From: Octopus vulgaris | Lineage: Eukaryota | Assembly: GCA_951406725.2 (NCBI GenBank) | Contig: OX597824.1 | Span: 4,960,001 to 5,024,000 of the forward strand | Length of the DNA: 64,000 nucleotides | Direction of reading: 5' to 3' | Shown: one piece after another, positions 26,126 through 39,306 of the stretch | Layout of the letters: each line of letters begins with the position of its first letter | How positions within the stretch are numbered: the first letter of the stretch is position 1 | Made by a program: the position numbers and the translations under genes | Notes under the pieces: generated by a model | The model's input: the letters and a program-made list of their open reading frames with translations, nothing else | What the model was told of the DNA's origin: nothing | The model's database searches: none

Positions 26126-26139
26126 ATATATATATATAT

Positions 26140-26552
26140 CAAAATACAAAATGGGACAAGAACGCAAAACATCCAGAGAGTTAGGTGATATAAAAAAGGG
26201 ACAACAAAACATCCAGATAGACGATACAAAGAAAACAAGGATGGGTCATTCGGAATTTCCTTTCCTCAGTCAAGTTCCAGGTTATCTTTGCAATTTCAGC
26301 TGGTTATACCCGAGATTGCTCCAATCTGGCCTGCCCCTAGGTAAAACTAAGCTAAGAGCATTAGATTCTTTGGAAGAAAGCAGCGAATGTATAGGAAAAC
26401 AAGGACGAAAAAAAGGAGCATGTTACACAAATACAAATAACAGGACATAACAACAGGTGTCTTTCGACTAAGGACGAATTAAATTAAGCTTGCATGTGTG
26501 GAAGTAAAGCCTTACGGCAGGGATACAAGATTTCGCAGGAACGGGGAGGAAT
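26140..26552. repeat. Unclassified interspersed repeat embedded in (TA)n; second partial copy at 36969-37130
   Basis: AAAATACAAAATGGGACAAGAA(C/T)GCAAAACATCCAGA... begins immediately after a (TA)n run at both loci. Confidence 0.75.
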
Positions 26553-26566
26553 TATATATATATATA

Positions 26567-26742
26567 CCATATTTTAACGTGTATAAGGAACCGTCATGTA
26601 TAAGGAACCCCCTAATTTCGGGGGCTTAAAATTTGGATAAAAGGTTTTGTAAGGGATTACAATATAACCATGTATGAGAAACTCCCATATTTTTTAACCT
26701 AATTTCTGACAAACAGGGGTTCTTAAACATATTAAAATACAG
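26567..26742. mobile_element. Tc2/pogo-like MITE, decayed
   Basis: TA|CCATATTTTAACGTGTATAAG ... CTTAAACATATTAAAATACAG|TA imperfect TIRs. Confidence 0.55.
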
Positions 26743-27093
26743 TATATATACAAATGGTAAATGGTATAAAATATATGTATATATATATATATTTATATAT
26801 ATATATATACACACAAACACAAAGGGAGAGAGAGAGAGAGAAAGAAAGAGGGAGTGGGAAGAGAGTGAGGAGAAGAAGAAGAAGAAGAAGAAGACAACAG
26901 AACAGGCAAAGAGATAGAGCTAGAGGCTTTACTAATCCGACTTCATTCTAGAAACAATGCAGGCAGAAAGACAGTCTTCAATGACACAGAAGATATTATG
27001 CTGAGGATTACCTAATGCACACACACACACACACACACACATCCAACAAATGCGACTGTGTATATATTTGTGTTTGTATATGTGTGTGCATGC

Positions 27094-27131
<38 letters not shown>

Positions 27132-27499
27132 ATAATAAAAGGGTAAAATCAATTAATTATTAATTAATTTCACCAAGTAGTGTTCAGTATGTAAAAGGAC
27201 CATTCAAGGTATATTTAAAATATTACGTTATATAATTAGGGCTCAGTAAAATAATTTACTTTACCACATACTGAAACTTTTAGAAATAGCAGCCAAAAAG
27301 TTTTTCTTATAGTAGTAGAAATGGCTAAAAAAACTTTTTGGCTGCTATTTCTAAAAGTTTCAGTATGTGGTAAAGTAAATTATTTTACTGAGCCCTAATT
27401 ATATAACGTAATATTTTAAATATACCTTGAATGGTCCTTTTACATACTGAACACTACTTGGTGAAATTAATTAATAATTAATTGATTTTACCCTTTTAT

Positions 27500-27502
<3 letters not shown>
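27132..27502. repeat. Perfect inverted repeat: 174-bp arms (27132-27305, 27329-27502), 23-nt spacer, inside (TA)n
   Basis: Arms compared base by base with no mismatch found. Confidence 0.95.
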
Positions 27503-27570
<68 letters not shown>

Positions 27571-28354
27571 CAGCTGGTTATTGACCACGTGAATGCTCTT
27601 GGTGTTATGCTATGATGCCATGTTGGGTGGTGATGAGTTGAGGAGGGGGGAATAAAAAAAAATGAGGAAGAGGAAGAAAAGGAGGACAAAGAGGAGGGGG
27701 GAGGAGGGGGGTGCAGTGATGGTTGTTGTCAATTCCCAGCTCACATTTCGACAATTGGGCCAAAGTGGATTTCACTGTAAACTTACTCATTCTTTCATCA
27801 TGTTTTTCGTTGTTGAATGTAAATTGTTGAATGACTCACAAAGCTGGAAGCAGGCGAGATTTCATGCTTTATTTCACACAAAAATTATTTATTCTTTTGC
27901 TAAACAAAACAAATATATGTATTCATGTATGTATGTATGGATGTATGTACGTATGTATGTATGTATGTATGTATGTGTGTATGTATGTATGTATGTATGC
28001 ATGTGTGTGTGAGTATGTATGTGTGTGTGTATGTATGTATGTATGTATGTATATATATGTATGTATGTATGTATGTATATATGCATGTATGTATGTATGT
28101 ATGTATGTATCTATGTATGCATGCATGTGTGTGTGAGTATTTGTATCTGTGTGCTGGTGTGTGTATGTATCTACGTGTGCATATATATATGTATGCATGT
28201 ATGCATTTACATGTGTATGAACACTTGTATTTATGTGTCTGTGTGTGTATGTATGTAAATATGCATTCAGCTATGTATATATGTGGTTATGTATGTATGC
28301 CTGTATGCATGGTGTATGTGTGCATTTGTATATGTATGTGTATATCGTCATCGT

Positions 28355-28650
28355 CACCGACCAGGCTATCAGATATTGCTACACATCGCTGGTCACAATG
28401 CGCTTTGCAATGTTTTAGCCTTCAAATGAATCCACCCCGCTGGCTAAGCGGGCAGGCCAACAGAAGAAAGAGTGAAAAAAAAGTTGTGGCGAAAGAGTAC
28501 AGCAGGGATCGCCACCAACCCCTGCCGGAGCCTCGTGGAGCTTTAGGTGTTTTCACTCAATAAACACTCACAACGCCCAGTCTGGGAATCGAAACCGCTA
28601 TCCTATGACCGCGAGTCTGCTGCCCTAGCCACTTGGCCATTGCGCCTCCA
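28355..28650 (-). mobile_element. tRNA-derived SINE family C
   Basis: Minus-strand head GGAGGCGCAATGGCCAAGTGGCTAGGGC...GGTTTCGATTCCC; the 5' ~200 bp are shared with 54590-54954. Confidence 0.8.
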
Positions 28651-28669
28651 CATGTATGTGCATATATAT

Positions 28670-28766
<97 letters not shown>

Positions 28767-29271
28767 GACATGTATATATATATATATATATGTGTATGTG
28801 TGTGTGTGTGTCTGTCTGTATTACTTCACTGTAAAGTTACATAAGATTCTCAATGACTAAGAGTTACTGATGTAAGTCTAATGCTGCATTAAAACATATA
28901 CTTATATATATACTTATATATATACTTCTGTGCATTTGAATGTATTGTGTCTTTGTTCTAAACCTATGTCTGCATGCATGTGCTTGCTTGTCGCTCTATA
29001 AGCATTCCTTTAACTGTTTATTTCATACAAATTAACTGCGACACCTGGGAAATATGTGGGACACACCTTCTCCTTTTTACTTCCACACTTTTTACAATGT
29101 TTTAACGTACATCGTCATCATCATCATCATCATCATCATTTAATGTCTGCCTTCCATATTGGCATGGGTGGGGACAAACATATTTGTGTTCTTTTTTGTT
29201 TAGGATAAATATTTATTTCAAATCCTGCATTAACAAAAGATTGGAATTTTGATACTTAAAAAATTATTTCC

Positions 29272-29303
<32 letters not shown>

Positions 29304-29316
29304 TATTGTTATTATT

Positions 29317-29582
29317 CAGTAGTTTTATTTTTATAGCGTGCTTTCACTTCACTACCGAGCGCAGCTCTGTGTGCCTTGGGTATGTGCTGTGATTTGTTGT
29401 GATGCTCTGATGGTTATTGTATGGAAAGTGTTCTGCGTAGGATGTGTGCAGTGCATAGTAGTGCAATTTTCTGTATGTTATATGTGTTTGTAAGTCCTGG
29501 TGTTTTTGTTATGTATTTGTCTGAATATCTTTTTATCATGACTAATGCACCTACTATGATAGGAATTGTTTCTGTTTTCAGA
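29317..29582 (-). mobile_element. R4/Dong-like non-LTR retrotransposon, 3' fragment in (TTA)n
   Basis: Near-identical to 46688-46955; encodes TIPIIVGAL...IQKIALL.TAHILRR; flanked on both sides by (TTA)n. Confidence 0.85.
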
Positions 29583-29600
29583 TTATTATTGTTATTGTTA

Positions 29601-29652
<52 letters not shown>

Positions 29653-29971
29653 CTTTTTGTTTTTGTTTGATCCAGTTTTGAGTCTTTTTTTCTTTTTGGG
29701 TATTTTAAAGGGATAATATTTAGGTATTGTTGCAAAAAAAAAAAAGAAAAAAGAAATCAAGGAAGCAGAAGTAACGATGTTTTTTTATTATAAAACCATT
29801 TTAGTATTATTCAGTCTAAATATAGTAACTTCATTTATTGGCGTAAGCCTACATTTCAAATCAAATTAATAGTTTTTATTATTCATAATAGTTCTTAGGC
29901 AATTTTAAATGTTAATGACTTTGGTTGTTCACATGAGAGAAATATGCTGTTAACTGCATGCAAGTGATATT

Positions 29972-30396
29972 ACTCTTTTACTCTTTTACTTGTTTCAGTC
30001 ATTTGACTGCGGCCATGCTGGAGCACCGCCTTTAGTCGAGCAAATCGACCCCGGGACTTATTCTCTTTGTAAGTCCAGTACTTATTCTATCAGTCTCTTT
30101 TGCCGAACCGCTAAGTGACGGGGACGTAAACACACCAGCATCGGTTGTCAAGCAATGCTAGGGGGACAAACACAGACACACAAACACACAAACACACACA
30201 CACATATACATACATATATATATATACATATATACGACAGGCTTCTTTCAGTTTCCGTCTACCAAATCCACTCACAAGGCATTAGTCGGCCCGGGGCTAT
30301 AGCAGAAGACACTTGCCCAAGGTGCCACGCAGTGGGACTGAACCCGGAACCATGTGGTTGGTTAGCAAGCTACTTACCACACAGCCACTCCTGCAC
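29972..30396 (-). mobile_element. SINE family A, full length, young
   Basis: All blocks present, CpG-rich. Confidence 0.92.
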
Positions 30397-30609
30397 CTTT
30401 ATATATTTATAAAGTTTTTACATATCAATGTTCTAAAATATTTTCTTATTATAATTTATTATAATTTATTATAATTTATTTTGTTGCTGTTTCTGTAGCA
30501 GTTGTTGTTTTCCCACATGAGTGTTCTCCTCAGCAGTTCTGGTGACTGGTTGCAAGACCCCTGATCACCCTCAACCTTTAACATCAGGGCTTGGGACAGG
30601 CAGCAATGG

Positions 30610-30800
30610 AAGTACTCAGTGATGAAGTGCCAGTCTGTGCAACTTGTTGGAGATTGTGATGGAAAGAAAAGTGAGACTTGCAGATCATGTTTTCTGGCTG
30701 CCAGAAGAACAAATACTCAAGAAAGCTATACAATGGGTACCACCCGAGGGACGAAGAATGAGCCAGAGACCCAAGAAGACATGGAGCAAGAAAGTCTCAA
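30610..30800 (+). mobile_element. Old RTE-clade LINE C-terminal fragment
   Basis: One frame reads ERKVRLADHVFWLPEEQILKKAIQWVPPEGRRMSQRPKKTW, resembling the RTE RRLR..GH..R...W.P..G.R..GRP..TW motif. Confidence 0.6.
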
Positions 30801-31448
30801 CGTCTCAAGCAATTTAGCATTACCTGAGTAGATGCAGGTGACCATGCTCAAAACTGGGACAATGGCACTATTAAAGATAACTGAAATATAGGCCAACTGT
30901 ATGAAAAGAAAATAAGACTAGAACCAGGACTAAAGTAATGTATTATCAGATATTTTAACTGATTGTGAATAACAACAGTGAAAGGAAAAGATAACTGTGT
31001 GCTGTGGTTGACAGACGAGAAGTTTTATTACTGTTGTGAGAAGATTCTCAATTTATATACAGGAATGATGCATCTCATAGGAATTTCATTAATAAATGGA
31101 TAAAAAAGTTGGTGAATGACAATCTATGATCTGGAAAGACACTAATAAGCAAAACAATTGTGACCAAAGTTGGAGAAGGTTTTAATATGAGTCCAAGAAA
31201 ATTGCTTGTGGTTTGAACGGTCAGGACTAAACATTTTACTGTAAAAAATGCCCAAGACTGTGGAAATAAAACTAAACAAACATGCTTATAAGATTCAGGT
31301 GGATCAATTGTTGCAGGAAAAGGCTTCTAGGCAATTTTAGATTTCTGCTAAGAAATGCTTTGGTATTTTCTGATGGAGAAACTTTCCACATTCGTAGTAA
31401 AGTGAATCATGACAGCAATGACACTTGGGGAGGAAAGAAACATTATTA

Positions 31449-31680
31449 GGCAGCGAACTGGCAGAAACGTTAGCATGCCGGGCGAAATACGTAGCCGTAT
31501 TTTGTCTGCCGTTATGTTCTGAGTTCAAATTCTGCCGAGGTTGACTTTGCTTTTCATCCTTTCGGGGTCGATAAATTAAGTACCAGTTACGCACTGGGGT
31601 CGATATAATCAACTTAATCCATCTCTCTGTCCTTGTTTGTCTCCTCTGTGTTTAGCCCCTTGTGGGTAGTAAAGAAATAG
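31449..31680 (+). mobile_element. SINE family D
   Basis: Full family D sequence ending AAAGAAATA|GGTATG. Confidence 0.9.
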
Positions 31681-32239
31681 GTATGGTAACATGAAAGGAA
31701 CTCTCTTGAGCATCCTCGGGGAGTCATGCATTATCAGTTTTTTCAAACTTTGTATGAGTCCGTACCTCATAGACTTCAAGCTGTAATTACTGCCAAGGTT
31801 GATCCTGCCCCTTAACTATGTAACAAAACTTGCACTAAAATCAGAAAAAAAAAATAACAATTTTGTGAAGCAGATATCTAAAAATTACTGCTTTTAATCC
31901 TTTCCTTTTTTTTTTCTTTTTTGTTCTTCCACATAACTTTGACATTTTTTTCTGCATTGATAAACACAAGACTTAGATTAAACAGTCGAAGGCCAGAATG
32001 AAAACCAGAGGAAGTGATAAGAATATTTCGATAGCATTGGAATGTCAGTGTTATAGTCATAAATAATTTCTTGTATTGTTACACAACAATAGCTTTGTAC
32101 AAGAAGAGCTGACTCTTGAATGAATGAATGGTGAAGTCAGTCATGGTTGAGATCAGAACATGGAGACCCTTAGCCACAAGTCTGTAATATATACTGTTAC
32201 TTAATATCATGGACTGGTCTGGTGATTTCAGAGCATGGA

Positions 32240-32974
32240 TCATCACCACCACCACCACCACCACCAACACCACCACCACCACCACCATCACCACCACCAC
32301 CACCGCCACCACCACCACCATCACCGCCACCACCACCACCACCATACCCATCACCACCACCACCACCATACCCACCACCACCACCACCACCACCACCACC
32401 ATACCCACCACCACCATACCCACCACCACCACCATACCCACCACCACCACCACCACCACCATCACCACCACCACCACCGCCACCACCACCACCATCACCA
32501 CCACCACCATACTCACCACCACCACCACCACCTCAACCACCACCACCACCACCACCACCATTACCACCACCACCACTGCCATCACCGCCACCACCACCAC
32601 CACCACCACCACCATACCCACCACCACCACCACCACCATACCCACCACCACCACTGCCATCACCGCCACCACCACCACCACCACCACCACCATACCCACC
32701 ACCACCACCACCATACCCACCACCACCACCACCACCACCATCCCCACCACCACCACCACCACCACCATACCCACCACCACCATCACTGCCACCACCACCG
32801 CCATCACCACCACCACCCCTACCACCACCACCACCACCACCATACCCACCACCACCACCACCATCACTGCCACCACCACCGCCACCACCACCACCAAAAC
32901 CACCCCCACCCCCACCACCACCGCCACCCACCACCCACCACCACTACCGCCACCATCATCATCATCATCATCAT
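32240..32974. repeat. ~730-bp interrupted (CCA)n microsatellite
   Basis: Directly visible; produces poly-T/P/H/V/G ORFs. Confidence 0.95.
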
Positions 32975-33344
32975 TTAACGTCCGTTTTCCATGCTAGCAT
33001 GGGTTGGACGGTTCAACCAGGGTCTGGAAAGTCATGAAGGATGCACCAGGCTCCAGTCTTGATCTGGCAGAGTTTCTGCAGCTGGATGCCCTTCCTAACG
33101 CCAACCACTCCATGAGTGTAGTGGGTGCTTACTTTTTTAACCTTTTATTCTTTTACTTGTTTCAGTCATTTGACTGCGGCCATGCTGGAGCACTGCCTTT
33201 AGTCGAGCAAATCGACCCCAGGACTTATTCTTTTGTAAGCCTAGTACTTAACATATCAGTCTCTTTTGCCGAACTGCTAAGTTAGGGGAACGTAAACTCA
33301 CCAGCATTGGTTGTCAAGCGATGCTGGGAGGACATTCACAAACA

Positions 33345-33445
<101 letters not shown>

Positions 33446-33911
33446 ATATATATGCTATGAAGCATATTTTCTAACTACTAAACAATGCTTATATCCTAAC
33501 ACACACACACACACACACACGCAAAGAAAACCAAAATACTAACGTCTTCTAAACATCAAACATCTTTCACGATTTGCTGCTTGATTCTTTTAAATTCTTT
33601 TAATTCTGTGAAACGAAATAAGAGCTACGTCTGCCCTTCTGCTCCCTGGTGGGAAACAAGCAACATTTTCAACTGTACTATCATCAATCCCAAACAGCCA
33701 GACAACCTGACGCAATGTACAATAAAGTCATTAATATTTTGGCTACTCGGAACTCACTTCCCATATTTGAAACTGCTACTGAGCCCATTGGTGCTTTTAG
33801 TGGAATGGAATCTGTTACAAACATTCCACTCTAGTCTCCATTCCTTCCATCAGTCTGTGAGATTCTAACAAATGGTCATGAATTTTGCCTTTCCTTTTTT
33901 GATTGATTCAC

Positions 33912-34640
33912 GTAGAGTGGCTGTGTGGTAAGTAGCTTGCATATCAACCACATGGTTCTGGGTTCAGTCCCACTGCGTGGCATCTTGGGCAAGTGTCTTC
34001 TACTATAGCTTCAGGCTGACCAAAGCCTTGCGAGTGGATTTTGTAGATGGAAACTGAAAGAAGCCCGCCATATATATGTATATAGCCTGGGCTTCAGAGG
34101 CCCACAGCTCTTCAATATCCTCCTGAAGAACCTGAGAGACCTGCATGGGGTGGATGCAGATGTCTTTAAAATAAAACTGGATCTCTTCCTGTCAGGTGTC
34201 CCAGATGAACCAACTTCATGGCAGGAGGTGCAGATGAGGGCAGCTGCATCAAACTCTCTCATGCACCAAATGGCAGTTGCTAAAAAGCATTTGTGAAGTA
34301 AAATCATGTAGCAACACCAAATGGTGGTGCCCCAGCATGGCCACAGCTCTTGAGCTGAAACTAGATAAAATAGAATAAATAAAAATATATAAATATATAT
34401 TTGTGTATATGTGTGTATATGTTTGTGTGTCTGTGTTTGTCCTCACCAACATCGCTTGACAACCGATGCTGGTGTGATAACGTCCACGTAACTTAGCGGT
34501 TCAGCAAAAGAGACCGATAGAATAAGTACTAGGCTTACAAGGAATAAGTCCTGGGGTCGACTTGCTCGACTAAAGGCGGTGCTCCAGCATGGCCACAGTC
34601 AAGTGACTGAAACAAGTAAAAGAGTAAAGGAGTAAAAGAG
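33912..34640 (+). mobile_element. SINE family A split by a CR1 insertion
   Basis: 5' half at 33912-34083, 3' half at ~34385-34640. Confidence 0.88.
34084..34382 (+). mobile_element. CR1-clade LINE 3' fragment (second family)
   Basis: SLGFRGPQLFNIL..NLRD.....FKIKLDLFLSGVPDEP...RAAASNSL...* (stop at 34294-34296); short 3' UTR and A-rich tail. Confidence 0.85.
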
Positions 34641-36091
34641 CAGATCCCATTCTAAAAAAACAAACAAACAAATCAACAAGCAACAACAAGAAGAAGAAGA
34701 ACGACGGATTTAATGACCAGTTATTTAACTCAGATGGAGCCTGGAATGAAAGAAACCATTGTGGGGTGCCACACCATTCCATTTCAACTATTAACTAGAA
34801 GGAAGTAAGTATTAGGTAACTGGTTATTTTAGTTAATAGGTACATAAGTCGATAGAAAGGTAGGTAGGTAGATTAGAAAGTAGGAAGATAATTAAGTAGG
34901 TACGTAGGTAAACAGTTCATTTAAGTGTCGTAATATATTATATTACGAAATTATTGTTTACAAAGATGGGTTTTTTCAGTGTAAAAGGGTGCATCTTTTA
35001 TCGTTAAACAAAAGTGGTAAGCAGAAGCTGTGTGGAAGTTTGTCTCATGTATATATGTATATGTGTGTGTGTGTGTATATGTATGTATGTGTGTGTGTAT
35101 GTGTGTATGTATATATATATCATCATCATCATCATCATCATCATCATTTAGCGTCCGTTTTCCATGCTAGCATGGGTTGGACGGTTTAACTGGGGTCTGT
35201 GAAGCCGAAAGGCTTCATCAGGCCCAGTCAGATTTGGCAGTGTTTCTACAGCTGGATGCCCTTCCTAATGCCAACCACTCCTTGAGTGTAGTGGGCGTTT
35301 TTTACGTGCCATATATATATATATATGTATGTATGTATGTATGTGTATGTATGTTCGTTTGTCTGTGTTTGTCCCCACCCCTCCCAACATCACTTGACAA
35401 CTGAATGCTGGAGTGTTTACGTCCACGTCACTTAGCGGTTCGGCAAAAAGAGACCAATAGAATAAGTACTAGGCTTACAAAGAATAATTCCTGGGGTCGA
35501 TTTGCTCGACTAAAGGCGGTGCTCCAGCATGGCCGCAGTCAAATGACTGAAACAAGTAAAAGAGTAAAAGAGTAACCAAACGCTGCTTGGCACTTTTGTC
35601 TTTTCCGTTCAATGTTCTCAAATTCTGTCAACGTTTGAAATCAAATGAAACAGATTAGAAGTGAGTTTCCTTAGAAATATTGTGGCCAAAATGTGAAGAA
35701 AAGAATAAGTTAAATAAAATAAATAAAAATAAAAGTAATAAAAATATGATAAACAAGGACAAACAGAATGAAGAGACATTAGTGAGAGAAAAAAGGAGAG
35801 ACAGCTGATTGGCTTTTGGCAATGTTGTGTCTGTTTAGAAACGACCAACAGTCAATGAGATGTTGTTGTGGTTGTTGCTGCTGATGGTGATGATGACAGT
35901 GAGTGAATGATAGCAAGGATCATAGTGTCATAGTGATAGAGCTAGTGTCGGCGATGGTGGTGGTGGTGAGGTGGTGGTTGGGTGGTGGTGGAAGTGGTAG
36001 TCATAGTTATTGTTGTTGTTGTTGATGATGATGATGATGATGGTGGTGGCAGTCGCGGTCGTGGGGGGGAGGTGCAGTGAATATACATATA

Positions 36092-36915
36092 TCATCATCA
36101 TCATCGTTTAGCATCCGCTTTCCATGCTGGCATGGGTTGGATGGTTCGACCGGGGATCTGGGAAGCCAGGAGGCTGCACCAGGCTCCAGTCTGATCTGGC
36201 AATGTTTTTACGGCTGGATGCCCTTCCTAATGCCAACCGCTCCATGAGTGTAGTGGGTGCTTGTTACATGCCACCGGCACAGGTGCCAGACGAGTCTGGC
36301 AAACGGCCACGATCGGATGGTGTTTTTTACATGCCACCAGAACGGGGGCCAGGCGAGGCTGGCAACGGCCACGAACGGATGGTACTTTTTATGTGCCACC
36401 GCCACGAGGCCAGTCGGGGCGGCGCTGGCAACAGCCACGTTTGGATGGTTCTCTTACGTGTCACCGGCACTAGTATCACAGCTGCAATTTCCATTGATGT
36501 TGATCGATTTCGATTCTCACTTGCCTCAACAGGTCTTCACAAGTAGAGTTTTGTGTCCCAAGAAGGAAAGGTATGCATAAGTGGACTGGCTACATCCTGT
36601 GTAGAGGCAACAGGCTATGGTCTTACTTGTCCTGCCAGGTCTTCTCGCGCACAGCATACTTCCAGAGGTTTCAGTCTCTAGTCATTTCCTCAGTGAGACC
36701 TAAAGTTCGAAGGTCGTGCTTCACGACTTCGTCCCAGGTTTTCCTGGGTCTGCCTCTTCCACAGGTTCCCTCAACCGTTAGGGTGTGACACTTTTTCACA
36801 CAACTATTTTCATCCATTCTCGCCACATGACCATACCAGCGCAAACGTCTCTCTTGCACACCACAACTGATGCTTCTTAGGTCCAGCTTTTCTCCCAATG
36901 TACTTACACTCTTAT
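36092..36915 (-). mobile_element. RTE-clade LINE, 5'-truncated (RT C-terminus, long repeat-containing 3' tail, (GAT)n)
   Basis: ERRLRWYGHVARM...GRGRPRKTWDEVVKHDL (ORF 36671-36988), continuous with the family B tail. Confidence 0.9.
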
Positions 36916-36940
36916 TCGAGTATGAATATACTCGACAGGG

Positions 36941-36971
<31 letters not shown>

Positions 36972-37664
36972 AATACAAAATGGGACAAGAATGCAAAACA
37001 TCCAGACAGTTAGGTGATACAAAAAAAGGGACAAAACATCCAGATAGATGATACAAAGAAAACAAGGACGGGTCATTCAGAGTTTTCTTTCCTCAGTTGA
37101 GTTCCAGATTATCTTTGCAATTTTGGCTTGATTTGTTTATGTTCCTGTAACTTAGTAGTTCAGCAAAAGAGGCCAATAAAATAATTACTGGACTTAAAAA
37201 CAGATCAGTGCTATGCTTGATCTGTTTGACAAAACCTTCCAAGGTGGTGCTCCAGCATGGTTACAGGCTAACGAATGAATCAAGTCAAAGACAAAAACAT
37301 GTAATATTTCAAAGTCTTCTTTGCATTTAATATCAGCTTCTTTATTTGAAGATGTCAGAGTTTTATTTGAGGGAGAGTTGGCTACTATTTCTAGCAAGTC
37401 TAGCAACCATTTAGAGGTTCTTGAGATTGGTAAGAATATAGATTTTACCCTTGTTAGCAGAGTTTATAATTATGGCAATTATAGCAGAAATAAGGGTTGC
37501 TTAACCCTAGGTGAGTCCTGATGGAACAGAGATGTTCCAGCAATGACCATCCCATCGATTTGTATATATTTAGGACTACATTGTTCAGAAGGACGTGATG
37601 GGAAAGATATAGCTGTTATTTCTAGCAGGCTGAGTGCTCATCTTAAAACTGATTTTTAGAAGTA

Positions 37665-37915
37665 GAGGCTTGTGGCTCAGTGGTTAGGGTGTTGGACTCA
37701 TGATTGTAAGATTGTGGTTTCAATTCCTGGACTGGGTGATGCATTATGTTCTTGAACAAAGAACTTCATTTCACGTTGATCCAGTCCACTCAGCTGGCAA
37801 AAATGAAGAATCCTGTGAGAGACCAGCGTCCTGTCCAGGTGGCGAATATATTCGCCTCTGAAGCCAAGAAACTGACCCTCACAAGCCTGGCATGGCTCGA
37901 GAAGGAAACGTTTAT
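37665..37915 (+). mobile_element. tRNA-derived SINE family E, diverged
   Basis: TGGCTCAGTGGTTAGGG...GGTTTCAATTCC...CCAGTCCACTCAGCTGGCAA shared with 53641-53966. Confidence 0.7.
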
Positions 37916-37969
37916 CGTTTATTTTATTGTGATAATAATGACCTTTGTGGTTTATCTATTCTTTTTCTT

Positions 37970-38378
37970 TTATTCTTTTATTTGTTTCAGTCATTTGACT
38001 GCGGCCATGCTGGAGCACTGCCTTTAGTCGAGCAAATCGACCCCATCACTTATTCTTTGTAAGCCTAGTACTTATCCTATTGGTCTCTTTTTCCGAACGC
38101 TAAGTTACAGGGACGTAAACACACCAGCATCGGTTGTCAGACACACAAACATACACACACACACACACACATACATATATACATATGTATATATGTATAT
38201 ATGTATATATATACGATGGGCTTCTTTCAGTTTCCGTCTACCAGATCCACTCACAAGGCTTTAATCGGCTCGAGGCTATAGTAGAAGACACTTGCCTAAG
38301 GTGCCATGCAGTGGGACTGAACCAGGAACCATGTGGTTGGTAAGCAAGCTACTTTACCACACAGCCACTCCTGCGCCT
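37970..38378 (-). mobile_element. SINE family A
   Basis: All blocks present. Confidence 0.9.
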
Positions 38379-38379
38379 A

Positions 38380-39175
38380 TGGTGGTCACATTAATTGTAG
38401 TAATGGCCATAGTAGCAGTGAGTGTAATATTGGTATGGTGGCCATACCTGCAGTAGTGGTGGCAGAAATGTTGGTGGGGGTAGTAGTGGTCATACTGGTA
38501 GTTGAGGCTACAGTGATAGTAGTGGTGAAAGTGGTGGTGGTGGTAGCAGCAGCCATAGTGGTAGTGGTGGCTATAGTGAAAGGGGTGGTCAAAGTGCAGA
38601 TAGTGATGGCTGTTGTGGTAGTAGTTGTGAATGTTGTGGTACTGGCTGCCATATTGGTTGTTTTGCATATAGTAATACTGGACATGGTGGTGATGGTAGT
38701 GGTGGTGGTTCAGGTGGTGGTTGTGATGGCCATAGTGGTAGAATTAAGGAGGGTGGTGTTGGTGGTTATAATAGCCATCAGTATGCTGGCCATTCATCAT
38801 CCTCATTTTAGAGGTGTGGCAGTGGTGGTGGTAGAATGGTCCTGTGGTAGTGTGAGTGATGAGCTAGTGGTGGTAACGGTGATGGGAGTGTGTGTGTGTG
38901 GTGGTGCTGTAGAATTGATGGTGGTGGTGGTGGTGGTGGTGGCAGTGGTAGCGATGGTGTTGGCAACGGCGGTGGTGGTGGTGGTGGTGGTGGTGTTGGT
39001 GGTGGTGGTGGTGGTGGTGGTAGCGATGGTGTTGGCAGCGGCGGTGGTGGTGGTGGCAGTGGTAGCGATGGTGTTGGCGGCAGTGGTAGCGATGGTGTTG
39101 GCGGCAGTGGTAGCGATGGTGTTGGCGGCAGTGGTGGTGGTGGTGTTGGTGTTGGCGGTGGTGGCGGTTATAGTA
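38380..39175. repeat. Degenerate (GGT)n trinucleotide tract
   Basis: Directly visible; decayed on the left, purer on the right. Confidence 0.85.
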
Positions 39176-39264
39176 ATAATTGAGGTCGGGGAGAGATTAG
39201 CATCTGTTAGCTTATTCTATATTTAAGATGTGTGAGCACTTGTAATAGCATCATTGATTTAATG

Positions 39265-39266
<2 letters not shown>

Positions 39267-39306
<40 letters not shown>

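Noticed and set aside
32079-33037. Long ORFs resembling mucin, extensin or His-rich proteins
   Set aside because: Several frames are open only because the DNA is (CCA)n; no splice signals or non-repetitive domain.
38333-39226. 297-aa Val-rich membrane-like ORF
   Set aside because: Starts in a SINE and runs through a decayed (GGT)n tract.
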